Source: a virus. Taken from it: 64,000 nt of DNA. Of the stretch, positions 52,859-63,210 are shown piece after piece; the stretch's first letter is position 1; each line of letters begins with the position of its first letter. The position numbers and the translations under genes are program-made. The stretch spans positions 41,197 to 105,196 of IMG/VR virus record IMGVR_UViG_3300010048_000001, one strand, 5' to 3'. The notes beneath the pieces were generated by a model. The model ran no database searches. It worked only from the letters and a program-made list of their open reading frames with translations, and was not told where the DNA came from.

Positions 52859-53363
52859 CGCGATCCTCGGTCGAAAACATCACGCGCACTAGACTGAGAT
52901 GCCTCGAACACAGCTTGTTTTTCGGCAAATCAGGTGACCCCCACTCATCTATGATCGCCGGCGTTCCCAACTGCGAGGCCAGCGTTTTGGCCGAAAGAAT
53001 CAGTGATTTTGCATGTCCAGTGCGCGCTCGCTTCTCCGGCAGCACCAGGTTCCAAACCGACAACATCCGGTATTGGCGAGACAGCGGGGAAACGCGGGCG
53101 AAATACAGGCCCATGCTCGCTTCGATCGGCTCTTTCCCGTCGCCCCGCACCACGAAGGCCACGCCGCCGTGCCGGTTCGCTAGAGCGGCGATCATCGCCA
53201 TTAGCAGGTCATCGTCGTCGCAGACAATCTCGTCCCGCATCATCTTGAGAAAGCGCACAAGATCTTCGAAATCAGCTGACGTCGCCAGATCGACCGGCGA
53301 CACCGGTTTTGGCTTGCGCCCGTTCGGCCGATTCACAATGTGTGGGGATGCGGTCGAATACAT
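52839..53363 (-). CDS. GNAT-like protein
   Basis: LATSAD..D; VLPEKR...GHAKSL. Confidence 0.6.
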   Translation of the reverse strand: MYSTASPHIVNRPNGRKPKPVSPVDLATSADFEDLVRFLKMMRDEIVCDDDDLLMAMIAALANRHGGVAFVVRGDGKEPIEASMGLYFARVSPLSRQYRMLSVWNLVLPEKRARTGHAKSLILSAKTLASQLGTPAIIDEWGSPDLPKNKLCSRHLSLVRVMFSTEDRVGVGVI

Positions 53364-54226
53364 TAAGCGGCGGCTCTCGCAATCGCATCTTTGTTATGCC
53401 CGATGCTGGCATTCTTCGATCCGTGCGGACCCTTGAGCTTCTGCAGCCGCCCAATCTCCCTGCCGCGAACCTCTTTGACAAACTCATCCAGTACTTCGTG
53501 GCCGTGCTTCATCGCCGCATCGTGGCTCGCTGTGGCCCCGCGATTGCCGAGGAAATGGCGGCCGATCATCTCGACATGATCCGGATGTACCAGGATTTCA
53601 CCGTCGGCGGTGATAACGGGAACCGTCTCTTCTTCCGTATCATTCTCCTCTTTAGCCTTCCCTCCGCTCGCCAGCGTCGGAGTGAGGGGCTCCTTGCCCT
53701 GAGGCAACCCGCCATGAGGGGGTTGCGGCGGGCCTCGCCCCCGATCGCGCGGTGGCCCCGCGGTGCCATAGGGCATGCTCTTTATGATGGAATCCCACAC
53801 CGCCGCCCCGTGGAGGGAATTGCCCTCCCCGAGGCCAGCAATAACATCGGCCGGCAAGACATAACTCTCTGCCATGAGATTGACATTATTCTTGTCGTTA
53901 CGGCCGGCGCCTGTCCCGAGCGAGAAGCCATAGGGAGATCTCTCCTCCGATCGAGCTTCGGCGCGCTCCCACCAGGGGGCGGCCATGCTCGGGCTAAGGC
54001 CACCTCCCATCTGCCGCCGCGGCGTCCGCGCAAGATGTGTCGCGGCCTCGATCACTTGGTCGTCAAGGGATCCGCCGTCGGCCCGCTTATGGACGCGCTG
54101 CGGCAGCTTTCCGCCGGGATCGCTCTCCGCAAACTCTTTGCCTACCGACTGAGGGATTCCGATATTGGAATGCCCCGCAGCCGCAGCCCACATGGCGCGT
54201 CTTTGAGATTGACTAACCGGCGGCAT
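53363..54226 (-). CDS. Virion-associated protein with xxGG motifs
   Basis: SQRRAMWAAA..IP.SVGKEF; G.G.ND...SYVLPADV; VPVITADGE. Confidence 0.7.
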   Translation of the reverse strand: MPPVSQSQRRAMWAAAAGHSNIGIPQSVGKEFAESDPGGKLPQRVHKRADGGSLDDQVIEAATHLARTPRRQMGGGLSPSMAAPWWERAEARSEERSPYGFSLGTGAGRNDKNNVNLMAESYVLPADVIAGLGEGNSLHGAAVWDSIIKSMPYGTAGPPRDRGRGPPQPPHGGLPQGKEPLTPTLASGGKAKEENDTEEETVPVITADGEILVHPDHVEMIGRHFLGNRGATASHDAAMKHGHEVLDEFVKEVRGREIGRLQKLKGPHGSKNASIGHNKDAIARAAA

Positions 54227-54410
54227 TCAGCGCCTCCCGCAACGCATCCGCGTATTCTTTCGTGACGACGCAGCGCTCGGGCGCAATCGTCTCACAATGC
54301 CGCAACTCTTCCTCCGCCTCAGCGCGCACTGTCGGGTCTGCTTGGATCGCGCCGCGCAATTGCAGCGCGTCGTTCCCGTAGCGCTTGAGGAGATGATATT
54401 GGGCAGGCAT
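54213..54410 (-). CDS. Hypothetical protein
   Basis: Coupled ORF. Confidence 0.5.
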   Translation of the reverse strand: MPAQYHLLKRYGNDALQLRGAIQADPTVRAEAEEELRHCETIAPERCVVTKEYADALREALNAAG

Positions 54411-54692
54411 TTAGCCGGTCCCCTCTGCCTCACCGACCAGGCGCTGATCAAGCGAAGTAAACGTATCCTTAGCGCTAAACATCGGATGCTTCCCGCAGGA
54501 CTCACCAACGTTTACTGGGGGCCACATCGCTTGGGTGCCCATGCCGGGCTTGCCGCCCACAACCGGCGGTGGGCTCATAACTAAGGCTACGCCAGGAGGA
54601 CCGTAGTGGCAGGTGCCTTGCTGCTCATTCACGGCCTGGTAATAAGGGCAGGTGCCGCATGCTACCACTACAAGTGCTGGATCGAGAGCCAT
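54411..54692 (-). CDS. Small Cys-rich protein
   Basis: CGTCPYY..GTCHYGPP...WPPV...SCGKH. Confidence 0.65.
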   Translation of the reverse strand: MALDPALVVVACGTCPYYQAVNEQQGTCHYGPPGVALVMSPPPVVGGKPGMGTQAMWPPVNVGESCGKHPMFSAKDTFTSLDQRLVGEAEGTG

Positions 54693-54749
54693 CCGTGCTC
54701 ACCTATCGGGGGCGAAACGTACCCGCCTTATCATAATTTACTGGCTTTC

Positions 54750-55517
54750 TCAACCCACGCCTATGTTGACCCGAGCCCAGATGGCAATCTGTTGGTTGAA
54801 GCTCGTCGAGATGCTGGCCGATAACGCGTATATGTTGCCTGTTAAGCTTTGTGCCGGCGTGGGGATCGCCACCATCTGCTGCGCAACTGCACCAGAAACC
54901 GACGGTACGCCATTGAAATAGGTGGTCGGATTGCCGTTGAGCGTCGTATCCTGGCCTCCAATCAAGGTGAGGAAGAATGCTGCCCCGGAGATCGTCTCAC
55001 TCGGGCTCAGCGCCGACGACACGTCGAATCCGAGCAGACGGGTTTCCCCTTGATCGACTGTCGGGAAATCCTGCAGCGCATAGCCAGCCGTGACGGGCAA
55101 CACGGACTTGGTTCTAGGGGCGGGCAAGAGCACTATTTCGGCATTCGCCGGCGGCGGCAGGGACGGGGCACTCGGCACACCGAACACGCGCTCGAGTTCG
55201 AGCTCTGCCCATGGCATGATCACCTGCCCGAGACTCGTGGTGGCGCTGATGCCAAGCCGATAGGTATTCTCCGCCAGAACGTTGAAAGGATCGTTGAATG
55301 AACAGGCCTGGAAAACCTGCGTGCCGGAGAACTCCGGCCCGCCGATGAACCGAGCCGTCTGGTCTAGGTCTAGCTGTTCGTCGACGCCATCCACCAAAAC
55401 CAGCTTGCTAGTGACGACCGTAATGGCTTCGCCAGAACTCAACGTCTTCGCAAGATCATAGCCGCGAACGCGGGTCTCCCCGTCTTGGGCGGAATCAAAG
55501 TCGCGGCCGACGTACAT
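54750..55517 (-). CDS. Tail/fibre adaptor-like protein with an internal duplication
   Basis: Two copies of DF....GETR..G.D....LS..E.I. Confidence 0.65.
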   Translation of the reverse strand: MYVGRDFDSAQDGETRVRGYDLAKTLSSGEAITVVTSKLVLVDGVDEQLDLDQTARFIGGPEFSGTQVFQACSFNDPFNVLAENTYRLGISATTSLGQVIMPWAELELERVFGVPSAPSLPPPANAEIVLLPAPRTKSVLPVTAGYALQDFPTVDQGETRLLGFDVSSALSPSETISGAAFFLTLIGGQDTTLNGNPTTYFNGVPSVSGAVAQQMVAIPTPAQSLTGNIYALSASISTSFNQQIAIWARVNIGVG

Positions 55518-55689
55518 CAGGCCCCGGTATGGATCGCCAGGCCGATCGCCAGCGTCAGCAGGCCACTACAATCTGTGGCGATATCAGACGGGATCTCGAT
55601 CCCCCATTTCAGTTTAACGAGCCACACAGCGATATCAACGAGCGCTATCGCAGCCCCAGCTGCGGCCCCTGTTGCTTTAGCGGCAGTAT

Positions 55690-55941
55690 TCATGGCGCTA
55701 TTTGGGTCCTTACCCCAGAGGAATTGACGACATACGTGTGCCCGTCGCCGGAGTCGACGTAGATGATCGAGCCGCTAGCCGGCGCAGCCGGCGGCACCAC
55801 CGGTGTCAGCATGATCCCAACAAGATCAACCGCCACCGCCTGATTGCGCAGCTGACCGATCGCCTTGGTAAGCTGCTGCAGATCGGTATCAATCTGCGTG
55901 AGATATTTGAGCGCGCTGAGCGGATCAGGGCCGACGGCCAT
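55690..55941 (-). CDS. Small virion protein
   Basis: Coiled coil followed by IYVDSGDG; overlaps the upstream stop. Confidence 0.55.
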   Translation of the reverse strand: MAVGPDPLSALKYLTQIDTDLQQLTKAIGQLRNQAVAVDLVGIMLTPVVPPAAPASGSIIYVDSGDGHTYVVNSSGVRTQIAP

Positions 55942-57916
55942 CCGGAGCTCCTCTGTATTCCATTTTCCCGATTCGCCACCACGATCCGTTGTCTCGGCTG
56001 CGGAACTCAAACTGCAGCGCTCGCGCTCGACCACGGGCAGGAATAAATCGAGTCTGAGAATTAACGGCGAATGGCCCTTTTACCCGCGCCGGGTCCTGAG
56101 TGTAAGGAAAGAAATGCACCAGAACCTCGACGGTGCCGGGACCTGGCCGACCATCGGCGGTGAACTTAATGTCGGGGTAGATCCCATTGATCTGAATAAC
56201 CTGATCTTCTTCCGCTATATTGATAAACCCGGTTTTTAGAGACGACAAAAGCGGTGCCGCGCCGGCATCTGTCCCCTTTTCATGCTGCCAGACAGCCCCG
56301 GTTGAGTCGGCCGCCAGCGGACCACCGAACACCGATTGATCAATCCAGGCATGCCGCGGCAGAAAGGCGCCACTTGGCAGCGTTGAATAATCCCAAACCC
56401 CTGTGTCGACTTGATAGCGGGCACGGGTGGTGGTGCCGCCAATCTGCGGTACCTCCCACGAGACTTCATTGAAAAACGAATTCGTCTCGCACACAGCATT
56501 CATTGCACGGGCTGGATTGATGCTCTTGAACACCGCATCCCACACAGTGCAAGGTATAATCTGGGGAACGCCGCCTTCCCACACATAGAATTGGTTCTGG
56601 CTGATCCAAAAAACTTTCTGGTTGAGAGTGCCAAATCCTTGCATGCTGAGCAGGCCACAATTGATCCCCTGCGGCTGGAAACCCCAGATGAATGGCTGTC
56701 CCTGGTAGAACGCCATGTAAAGGGCTTTATCTGTCCAGATCAGATTGCCGCCGGCCAGCGCCAGCCCTCCAACGATCATGCTGCCGGCGGTGAGCCGAAA
56801 AGAGCCCGCCTGGTTCGTTGTGAGCGGCACAAAGTCAGTGTAATCGCCGACATCCGACCAAGCGACTAGCATGGGATCGAAGAGCCCGGTAGCTCGATTG
56901 ACGGTACCCAGACAGAATAGCTGCTGTTGCTGCGTCGCAACAAAGATCGTCGTATTAGACTGAGGCACAGTTGCCGCATTAGCGGCCGGCGTCGCGTATC
57001 CCAAGGCCGGCTGCCAAACAAAGACGGGGCCGCCTCTCGGGTTCCACATCAGGAACTCACCCCAATTGTCCAGCGTCGAACGCGTCGTCGGATACCCCGC
57101 GGCAGGCGTCACACCCGCGGCCGTGGTAAAAAAGGTCAGCTGGATATTCCCCGGGCCCGCCCCAGCGCCCGGCGTACCGTTCGCATTCTCATTAAGCGAT
57201 CGAGCTGCGGAGGCCGGCTGCGGCCCGAGGATCGTGTAGGTGTGCTGATCGACAACCGTGGCTATGTAATTGCCCTGTAGGGTGAAACCATCAATCGCCG
57301 TCGCATCCGGGATGGATACGATTTGTCCCGTAAAGAGGCCATGATTTGGTAGCGTTATAGTGACGATCGGACTTCCTACGGTGGTTGTGAAATTACGGGC
57401 ACTTCCTTGGCCAACGATCGTCTGAGTGGCTGCCCGCGCCGCGGTTATCTGATACTGCCCGCCCCCCGAGGATACAACACCGTAACTCCCGTAAAGGATT
57501 AAGCCCCCCACGCTTACCGGATCGAGGATTTGCAGCCACTCTCCAACGGAGGGCGCATTGACGGCGTCGGTAATGGTGATGGTAGTGCTCCCGGCCGTTG
57601 TGCTCAGCACGATCGGAATAAACGCCAGGATAGTTTGCGGCGTGATGTTATAGACTGCTTCCGCAGCGAAAACGTTCAGCCCGAAATTCGCCCCGATACC
57701 CAGCAACGACACCCCGGCTAGGCTAGTCCAGGCTTTCAAGGCGTGCGTGGCGCCCTGCGCAGGCAGCGTCTGACAAAAGAATTCAAAGCCGCCCTCTTTT
57801 TCGGGGAGCCCCTGAAAGAAGCGAACCGACAGCGAATCGCTGAACCCACCCTCATTCAGGTTTCTCGTCTCCTCCAGGTTTATGCCTGGCCTTAATATGA
57901 GCGGGACGATGGGCAT
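55925..57916 (-). CDS. Tail tubular/nozzle (gp10-like) protein
   Basis: LRPGIN, VRFFQGLPEK.GG, WSD..DY.DF.P..TNQAGS, CGL, FNEV.W, WRIG...DGRR. Confidence 0.8.
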   Translation of the reverse strand: MPIVPLILRPGINLEETRNLNEGGFSDSLSVRFFQGLPEKEGGFEFFCQTLPAQGATHALKAWTSLAGVSLLGIGANFGLNVFAAEAVYNITPQTILAFIPIVLSTTAGSTTITITDAVNAPSVGEWLQILDPVSVGGLILYGSYGVVSSGGGQYQITAARAATQTIVGQGSARNFTTTVGSPIVTITLPNHGLFTGQIVSIPDATAIDGFTLQGNYIATVVDQHTYTILGPQPASAARSLNENANGTPGAGAGPGNIQLTFFTTAAGVTPAAGYPTTRSTLDNWGEFLMWNPRGGPVFVWQPALGYATPAANAATVPQSNTTIFVATQQQQLFCLGTVNRATGLFDPMLVAWSDVGDYTDFVPLTTNQAGSFRLTAGSMIVGGLALAGGNLIWTDKALYMAFYQGQPFIWGFQPQGINCGLLSMQGFGTLNQKVFWISQNQFYVWEGGVPQIIPCTVWDAVFKSINPARAMNAVCETNSFFNEVSWEVPQIGGTTTRARYQVDTGVWDYSTLPSGAFLPRHAWIDQSVFGGPLAADSTGAVWQHEKGTDAGAAPLLSSLKTGFINIAEEDQVIQINGIYPDIKFTADGRPGPGTVEVLVHFFPYTQDPARVKGPFAVNSQTRFIPARGRARALQFEFRSRDNGSWWRIGKMEYRGAPDGRRP

Positions 57917-58677
57917 TACACTGGCGGAGTATCAACAGTCGGCGCCGGGAGGCGCGAACCCCATCCGACTGATTGCAATTTTTTGCGGAACTCCTCGATG
58001 CCGGCACTCGCCTTGAGGCGTTCGTATTCGCCAAGCCAGTGAACAGCAGTTTGTGGGTCGTCTCCGGCAGCCGAGAAATTGTGTTGCTCGGCCGAGATGA
58101 AGATCATCTCTGCAGACAAGAACAAGTCCCGCAGCTGCGTCGAGATAAATGTTGGAGCGCCATTCGGATACCCAGGCTGCGGCTTAGGGGACAGCGGCGC
58201 GGGGCGCATCGTACCGTAGGTGCTGACCGTGTATCCCTGGTCTGGCGGGCCGCCGACAAACACACTCACCTGGTCGTTTGGACACCACATCGTGGGGACG
58301 CTCGGCGATGTGGGAGCGACATCAGACGGCCACATCGAGTCGATCAAATCCTTCGACGCGGGCAAGAGCGGCACGCCCGGGGTGGCCGGCCCTCCCGGGA
58401 AGCTCGGGATTAGGATTCGCAGCTGCTCGACAACGATGAAAGTCCCAATGTCGCGAGGCAGAACAAACACCTTGGAATTGCCCGTCAGAGCTCCGGTGTC
58501 GTCCGTCACCCTGGTCGACAAAAGATCGAGATCACGCAAGATCCGATTCTCGGCACTCGCGATGCAGTCCGGCACGATGGCCAGAAAATCAGGATCATCC
58601 TGATACCCCGCCTCGCCGGCCATAACCGCCAACGCCTTGAGATTTGCTTGCCAGTCCACGACTAGCCTCCGGTGCAC
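57916..58677 (-). CDS. Head-tail adaptor (tubular A-like)
   Basis: AENRI.RDL; P.PDQ.Y; W..EY..L. Confidence 0.7.
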   Translation of the reverse strand: MHRRLVVDWQANLKALAVMAGEAGYQDDPDFLAIVPDCIASAENRILRDLDLLSTRVTDDTGALTGNSKVFVLPRDIGTFIVVEQLRILIPSFPGGPATPGVPLLPASKDLIDSMWPSDVAPTSPSVPTMWCPNDQVSVFVGGPPDQGYTVSTYGTMRPAPLSPKPQPGYPNGAPTFISTQLRDLFLSAEMIFISAEQHNFSAAGDDPQTAVHWLGEYERLKASAGIEEFRKKLQSVGWGSRLPAPTVDTPPV

Positions 58678-60758
58678 CTGTAGGCTATCGCGGCGCCGCT
58701 GGCCACATCATGCGTTATGGTGAGTTGCGTAGTGGTGGCCAAATAACCAAGAGTGGTCGGGACCGTGCCTGTCTCCGGCGTCACGTTGCAAATTGGGGAG
58801 CGAGCAAACATCCCAGCAAAATTTATGACGCACGAAGTCGTCGAGGTCCCTTCTGTAACGACTCCCGCGTTATCGGAAGAGCGCAGCACCAGTGATGGGG
58901 AACCACCGCCGCAACTCGCTATGGTCGGCAATTGATCATGTTCATTGGCATTCAACGTCGAGGTGTCATAGGTCTCCCCAGGGCTGTTGCCTGGGAAGAA
59001 ATTTGCCGGATTGCCAGAATTGCCAAGCTCAACCGTCGAGGCGCCCTGAATGCGGTACGGGATAGCAGAGACTGTATTGGAGCCCAGAGAATATGGAGAT
59101 GAACTGTATCCCTTGAAATTGATAGCGGACTGCTGATAAGGCCGCGCAAATGCGGTCGAATAGCTGAGATTTGCCGTTATAGTCGCGAGCGTAGGTCCGG
59201 TGTTCATGGCGTCGGCCCACAAGATCCCGTTGGCAAGGATGTCGTAATGATCTCCACAATTAGCGGAGCCGATTATTTGATATGGCGCCAGAAACTCTAA
59301 GTATCCTAGCCGTCCGACAAACATCTGCGCCGGCGTCGATGAGCCCAGGGCACACGAACCGAACGAGACATTGGTTACAAAGACTGATGTCGCCTGCCCG
59401 AATTCGTTGATCAGCCTATTGCAATTCTGAAGCGTTAGATTCTGAAGGGCTATCGTGGCTCCGTTCGACAAGGCCACACAACTGGCGGCTCCCTGCCCGT
59501 CCAGCAGATAATTTGCTGCAACATTTGTCGCCCCGGCCACTACAAGATTGCCTTGAGATTGCCCACTAGGCGCCACAGGACCGCCCATCGCCACGCCAAC
59601 CAAAGGCCCGTTGAGCTGGAATGGCTTGTAATCTCCCGGGTTTGAATCCTGCGCGAGCTGAACCGTGACGGTGAAATTGTTAAAATCTATGTGCCTGCTG
59701 ATAGTGGTCACTGCCTGTTGGATAGTCTGGCAAGCCCCCGTCGTGGGGGCCAAACAATCTTCTGCCGGGAAATCCTGTCCGTTGATGGGATCGACATAGA
59801 AGGTTGTATTTCCAGGGATGTGCCATCTATTAGACCGAGGGAAATTCCACATCCCACCGCCAGCCTGTACGATCAAGGTGGTTCCCGGCCAAATGACTAT
59901 CTGCCCAGCTCCCGAGATGACGGCCAGTTTTGCTCGGCCGACATCAAGATTGGTGAGCGTCAGCTGACAATTCGCCGGGTAAGATCCCGGCGCATTCACC
60001 GTTATGGTGTAATACGCGTTCCCGGAGAATTGAAGAACGTTGCTGCAATCGCTAGGCTGGACGACATAAGCCGCAGTCTTTGTCGTCACCGTCGTGCACG
60101 AAAAACCGCCTACAGCAGAACAGCTTTGCAGCAGGCGGCTGTCGAATAGAATCTGCCAAGTGCCCCCGCCTAGCGCCAGGGAAATCGCCACGTCACCCGC
60201 CTGTTGTGTAATACTGGTCGCCCCACCGGGGATTAACATAGAGCTCGAGCCCGTAATGGTCGGGGCGCCGGTGAAGAGCGTGACTTTGATATTCCCGGCG
60301 AGGGCCGTGTTCCCAAAAGATTGGATGTTGTTGCTGCCGCTGACGTTGAGTGAAGCCTGCGGAACTGAGCCTAGATCCGTGGTGGTGGCGCTCAGCAGAG
60401 TCGGCAGTGCATCGCCGCCGATCGGCGGAGCCCAAATGTGATTCACCGTATCGAGAGAGGCGACGGGCACCCATGCGGCACCGTCCCAGATATTCAGCGT
60501 GAGGATCGTTGCGTTTTGCGGCTTGTTTAGCCAGAGCGTTCCCACGCTTGGGTTTGACGGCGCCGTTGGCCCCGCGTTGAGGCTTTGCAGCGCGTTTATG
60601 TCGTTCGCCGCAGCCCCAAAATTCCCGCGGATAACGGATGGCGCATAGGGGAAGCCGTCAGGTGGTTGCGCGGTGTTGATCGATGAGGCGCCGAGCGCGG
60701 CGGCCGACCAGGCGATAAGCCCGCACAATCCGGCAACAACAGTACGGTAGAAGAGCAT
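58662..60758 (-). CDS. Tail fibre/spike protein
   Basis: PTAPSNPSVGTLW, YVDP.NG.D...A..TIQ.A and a beta-helix-like body. Confidence 0.7.
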   Translation of the reverse strand: MLFYRTVVAGLCGLIAWSAAALGASSINTAQPPDGFPYAPSVIRGNFGAAANDINALQSLNAGPTAPSNPSVGTLWLNKPQNATILTLNIWDGAAWVPVASLDTVNHIWAPPIGGDALPTLLSATTTDLGSVPQASLNVSGSNNIQSFGNTALAGNIKVTLFTGAPTITGSSSMLIPGGATSITQQAGDVAISLALGGGTWQILFDSRLLQSCSAVGGFSCTTVTTKTAAYVVQPSDCSNVLQFSGNAYYTITVNAPGSYPANCQLTLTNLDVGRAKLAVISGAGQIVIWPGTTLIVQAGGGMWNFPRSNRWHIPGNTTFYVDPINGQDFPAEDCLAPTTGACQTIQQAVTTISRHIDFNNFTVTVQLAQDSNPGDYKPFQLNGPLVGVAMGGPVAPSGQSQGNLVVAGATNVAANYLLDGQGAASCVALSNGATIALQNLTLQNCNRLINEFGQATSVFVTNVSFGSCALGSSTPAQMFVGRLGYLEFLAPYQIIGSANCGDHYDILANGILWADAMNTGPTLATITANLSYSTAFARPYQQSAINFKGYSSSPYSLGSNTVSAIPYRIQGASTVELGNSGNPANFFPGNSPGETYDTSTLNANEHDQLPTIASCGGGSPSLVLRSSDNAGVVTEGTSTTSCVINFAGMFARSPICNVTPETGTVPTTLGYLATTTQLTITHDVASGAAIAYRCTGG

Positions 60759-60993
60759 GCGCCGAGCGCCTTACGCGCTCCGGCAAATCGAGGCCGGCTA
60801 CGGTCTTAAGCGCCTGCCGTTCGGGGTGGCGCGCACCTCTTTCTTATCTTATTTCCATGCCTTTGTCAGCGCCGTCACGGCAATCTCATCCCAAGGTCAT
60901 GGAACGACACAAGAGGCTCGACGGTATGATCCAGGTACGGATGCACCACACAGCCGTACCACCAGAGAACCCATTCGAGTTGAAGGGCCTCGG

Positions 60994-61437
60994 TCATGGC
61001 TCACTCACCAACGGCTCAATCCCCGGCGGCACGAAGGGCGGCGGCAGCGAGGGCTCCGACGTGTAGGGCTCTACCTGCGGGGTAACGAACACCGGTGGCG
61101 GCGGCGCATTCGGATCGCCCGGGCCGTTCTGCTGGACCGGCCACGGGAGCGGCGGCAGCGGGAAAGTTCCCTCGTCGGCCTGCGTGAAATTTTCGGGGCG
61201 GGGATCGTAGCGCGGGACCGGATCGGGGGGGATTACAAGAGGCCGATTAAAGATGAAGGGAACATCGTAGCATTTCTGGCATACTCGCAATCTGATATTC
61301 ATCAGACGCGGCCCGCGCCATTCCATTTGGTAGTGAAGATCGTCCAGCAAATACCAAAAGCCGCAACGATCGCACACTCCCCAAGCGCTAGGGTGCCTTG
61401 CGTCTACCCTGGCACGGCCGTGATAGCGCCAGGCCAT
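60994..61437 (-). CDS. Zinc-ribbon virion-module protein
   Basis: AWGVCDRCGF...VCQKC.D...PPDP.P...PRP. Confidence 0.7.
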   Translation of the reverse strand: MAWRYHGRARVDARHPSAWGVCDRCGFWYLLDDLHYQMEWRGPRLMNIRLRVCQKCYDVPFIFNRPLVIPPDPVPRYDPRPENFTQADEGTFPLPPLPWPVQQNGPGDPNAPPPPVFVTPQVEPYTSEPSLPPPFVPPGIEPLVSEP

Positions 61438-61752
61438 CTATTCTTCCTTGTGGCGCCGCCGCTTCACGCGCTCGACCGGGATCATCGGTATGGGCTGCGG
61501 CTGCCTAGTGAGCACCACAGCGCTGAGATCGGCCGCCCACTCATAGTCGAAATTCCACTCACCGGTCTCGGGATCGGCATGCGGCGTCACCTCGGGCGAC
61601 CACAATATCTGGGTAAGGATCCGACGTATGCCAGCGACTGCATCGAGGTTCGTAGGTGTTTTGAGGTTCTCGAGATTGATCGTAATGGTGTCAGGGATCG
61701 TCATGCCTCCCTCCTGCGTTAGTCTCCGGCGGGCCGCGGTCGGTAACGGCAA
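61438..61752 (-). CDS. Hypothetical protein
   Basis: ORF with SD GGAGG (true start probably 61704). Confidence 0.5.
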   Translation of the reverse strand: MPLPTAARRRLTQEGGMTIPDTITINLENLKTPTNLDAVAGIRRILTQILWSPEVTPHADPETGEWNFDYEWAADLSAVVLTRQPQPIPMIPVERVKRRRHKEE

Positions 61753-61896
61753 TCCTTTCGCTCCTGGAGAGGCGTGGCCCGTGCTTCCTCACCCATCCGG
61801 CCATGGTGTGATCGGTCGCCGGCCTGTAGACATAGCCCTCAGGAACGCGCCCCCCAAGATAGCGGGGCGTGCGCGCCGGAATAAACGCCGGCCCAC

Positions 61897-63210
61897 TCAT
61901 CGGAAATACGCCGTAAGGCCGGGCGATATCATCGTCGGGACGCGCTCGATATCCTCGCGGATCGCGCGCCACAGAGCTCCGTCCGGATAGGCATCATAGT
62001 CGGCTTTGATCATCTGATAGGTGATCCCTGTCGCGGGTTTTGGTGGGAACTTAAGAAAGAGCTTCGAAGCGAGCCCGGCCGCAAACGCATCTCCATACCG
62101 CCAGGGGATATCGATCCCGACGCTGCCCTGCGGCACGAAGTCGTCCTGTTGTTGTTGGACCCATAGATTGAAGATGTAGGCGTTGTTGTCCGGGGGCACC
62201 CAGAACTGAATTTGCGGTTGCCGTGTCCGAATGAACCAGAACGTCGTCGGTCGGAACTGTAGGTTCGGTCCCTTGTCGGGTTGTGCCGCGTACTCGCTGC
62301 GACTGATCGGATATAGGATGAAGTCTTCTGGATCGACGCCATAGGCCTGGGTTTGGGCCTGCGCCAGATTATTATTCATCCCCAGCGTTTGCGTCGAAGA
62401 GGCCGTCTGCGGGCCTTGGATGGTGAAATTGTTCTGATCCGTCACGCCCACAACTAGGAAACCGCCGCCGAGCTGCACCCCACCAACCGTCAGCGATACG
62501 TTGATGTTAAAGAGTTGTCCAGTTGACATGCCGTGCGCCGGCAATAGCACGTTGAATGTCGACAGGTTCTGGGTCGCAGTGATGATTGGGACGACATAGC
62601 CGTCCGTAAAGCCCGCGCCTGACCCTCCCGTCAGAACCACGCCACCGCCCGTCAGAATGATGCCACCGCCCGACAGCGGGCCGCCGGAGACACCGCTCGA
62701 GGGATAGGTCTGTGCGGTGATCTGGTAGTTGTTCTGGTCGATGACGGCCGTCACGAGATACGGCCCCTGGATGATAATGCCGCCGACCGAGATCGGAATC
62801 GGATAGTAGACCATCGTCCCGTTGGCGTAGCCATGCAGCGGCTGATTTACCTGAACGGTAAGGGAGAAGAGCGTCGTCGTGAATGAGCCGGCAAAGCTCT
62901 GCGCATTGCTCGGGGTGTAAAGCCGGATGTACGCGTCGAATGCCGCCACTACGTTATAAGGCAAGGTGTAGAGCGAGACGCCCGGCTGCAGCGGGATTTG
63001 AAGAAGCTGTTGTTTCCACAGTAAGGGGAGACCAACGTTGGCCATCTCCACCTGCAGGAAGTTCGCCGAAAGGCGGGCCTGATACCAATGGTTTGACGTT
63101 ATCTCCGGCGGGTGGATCTGCAGTCGCCCGAGCGCGTCGAGGACGTAATCGCCGCCTCCGGGATTGAAGAGCTGAGTTCCGCTCGTCGAGTTCAGGGCAG
63201 CTTCAGGCAT
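61897..63210 (-). CDS. Head-tail connector protein with inserted beta-domains
   Basis: TSGT..F, ARLS.N.L..E.AN.G..LW, ISRSEY...PDK, W..PD, PWRY.DAF.AGLA. Confidence 0.75.
   Translation of the reverse strand: MPEAALNSTSGTQLFNPGGGDYVLDALGRLQIHPPEITSNHWYQARLSANFLQVEMANVGLPLLWKQQLLQIPLQPGVSLYTLPYNVVAAFDAYIRLYTPSNAQSFAGSFTTTLFSLTVQVNQPLHGYANGTMVYYPIPISVGGIIIQGPYLVTAVIDQNNYQITAQTYPSSGVSGGPLSGGGIILTGGGVVLTGGSGAGFTDGYVVPIITATQNLSTFNVLLPAHGMSTGQLFNINVSLTVGGVQLGGGFLVVGVTDQNNFTIQGPQTASSTQTLGMNNNLAQAQTQAYGVDPEDFILYPISRSEYAAQPDKGPNLQFRPTTFWFIRTRQPQIQFWVPPDNNAYIFNLWVQQQQDDFVPQGSVGIDIPWRYGDAFAAGLASKLFLKFPPKPATGITYQMIKADYDAYPDGALWRAIREDIERVPTMISPGLTAYFR

Noticed and set aside
53309-61722. Long plus-strand ORFs 53309-54265 and 60757-61722
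   Set aside because: Antisense to coherent coupled structural genes and without recognisable motifs
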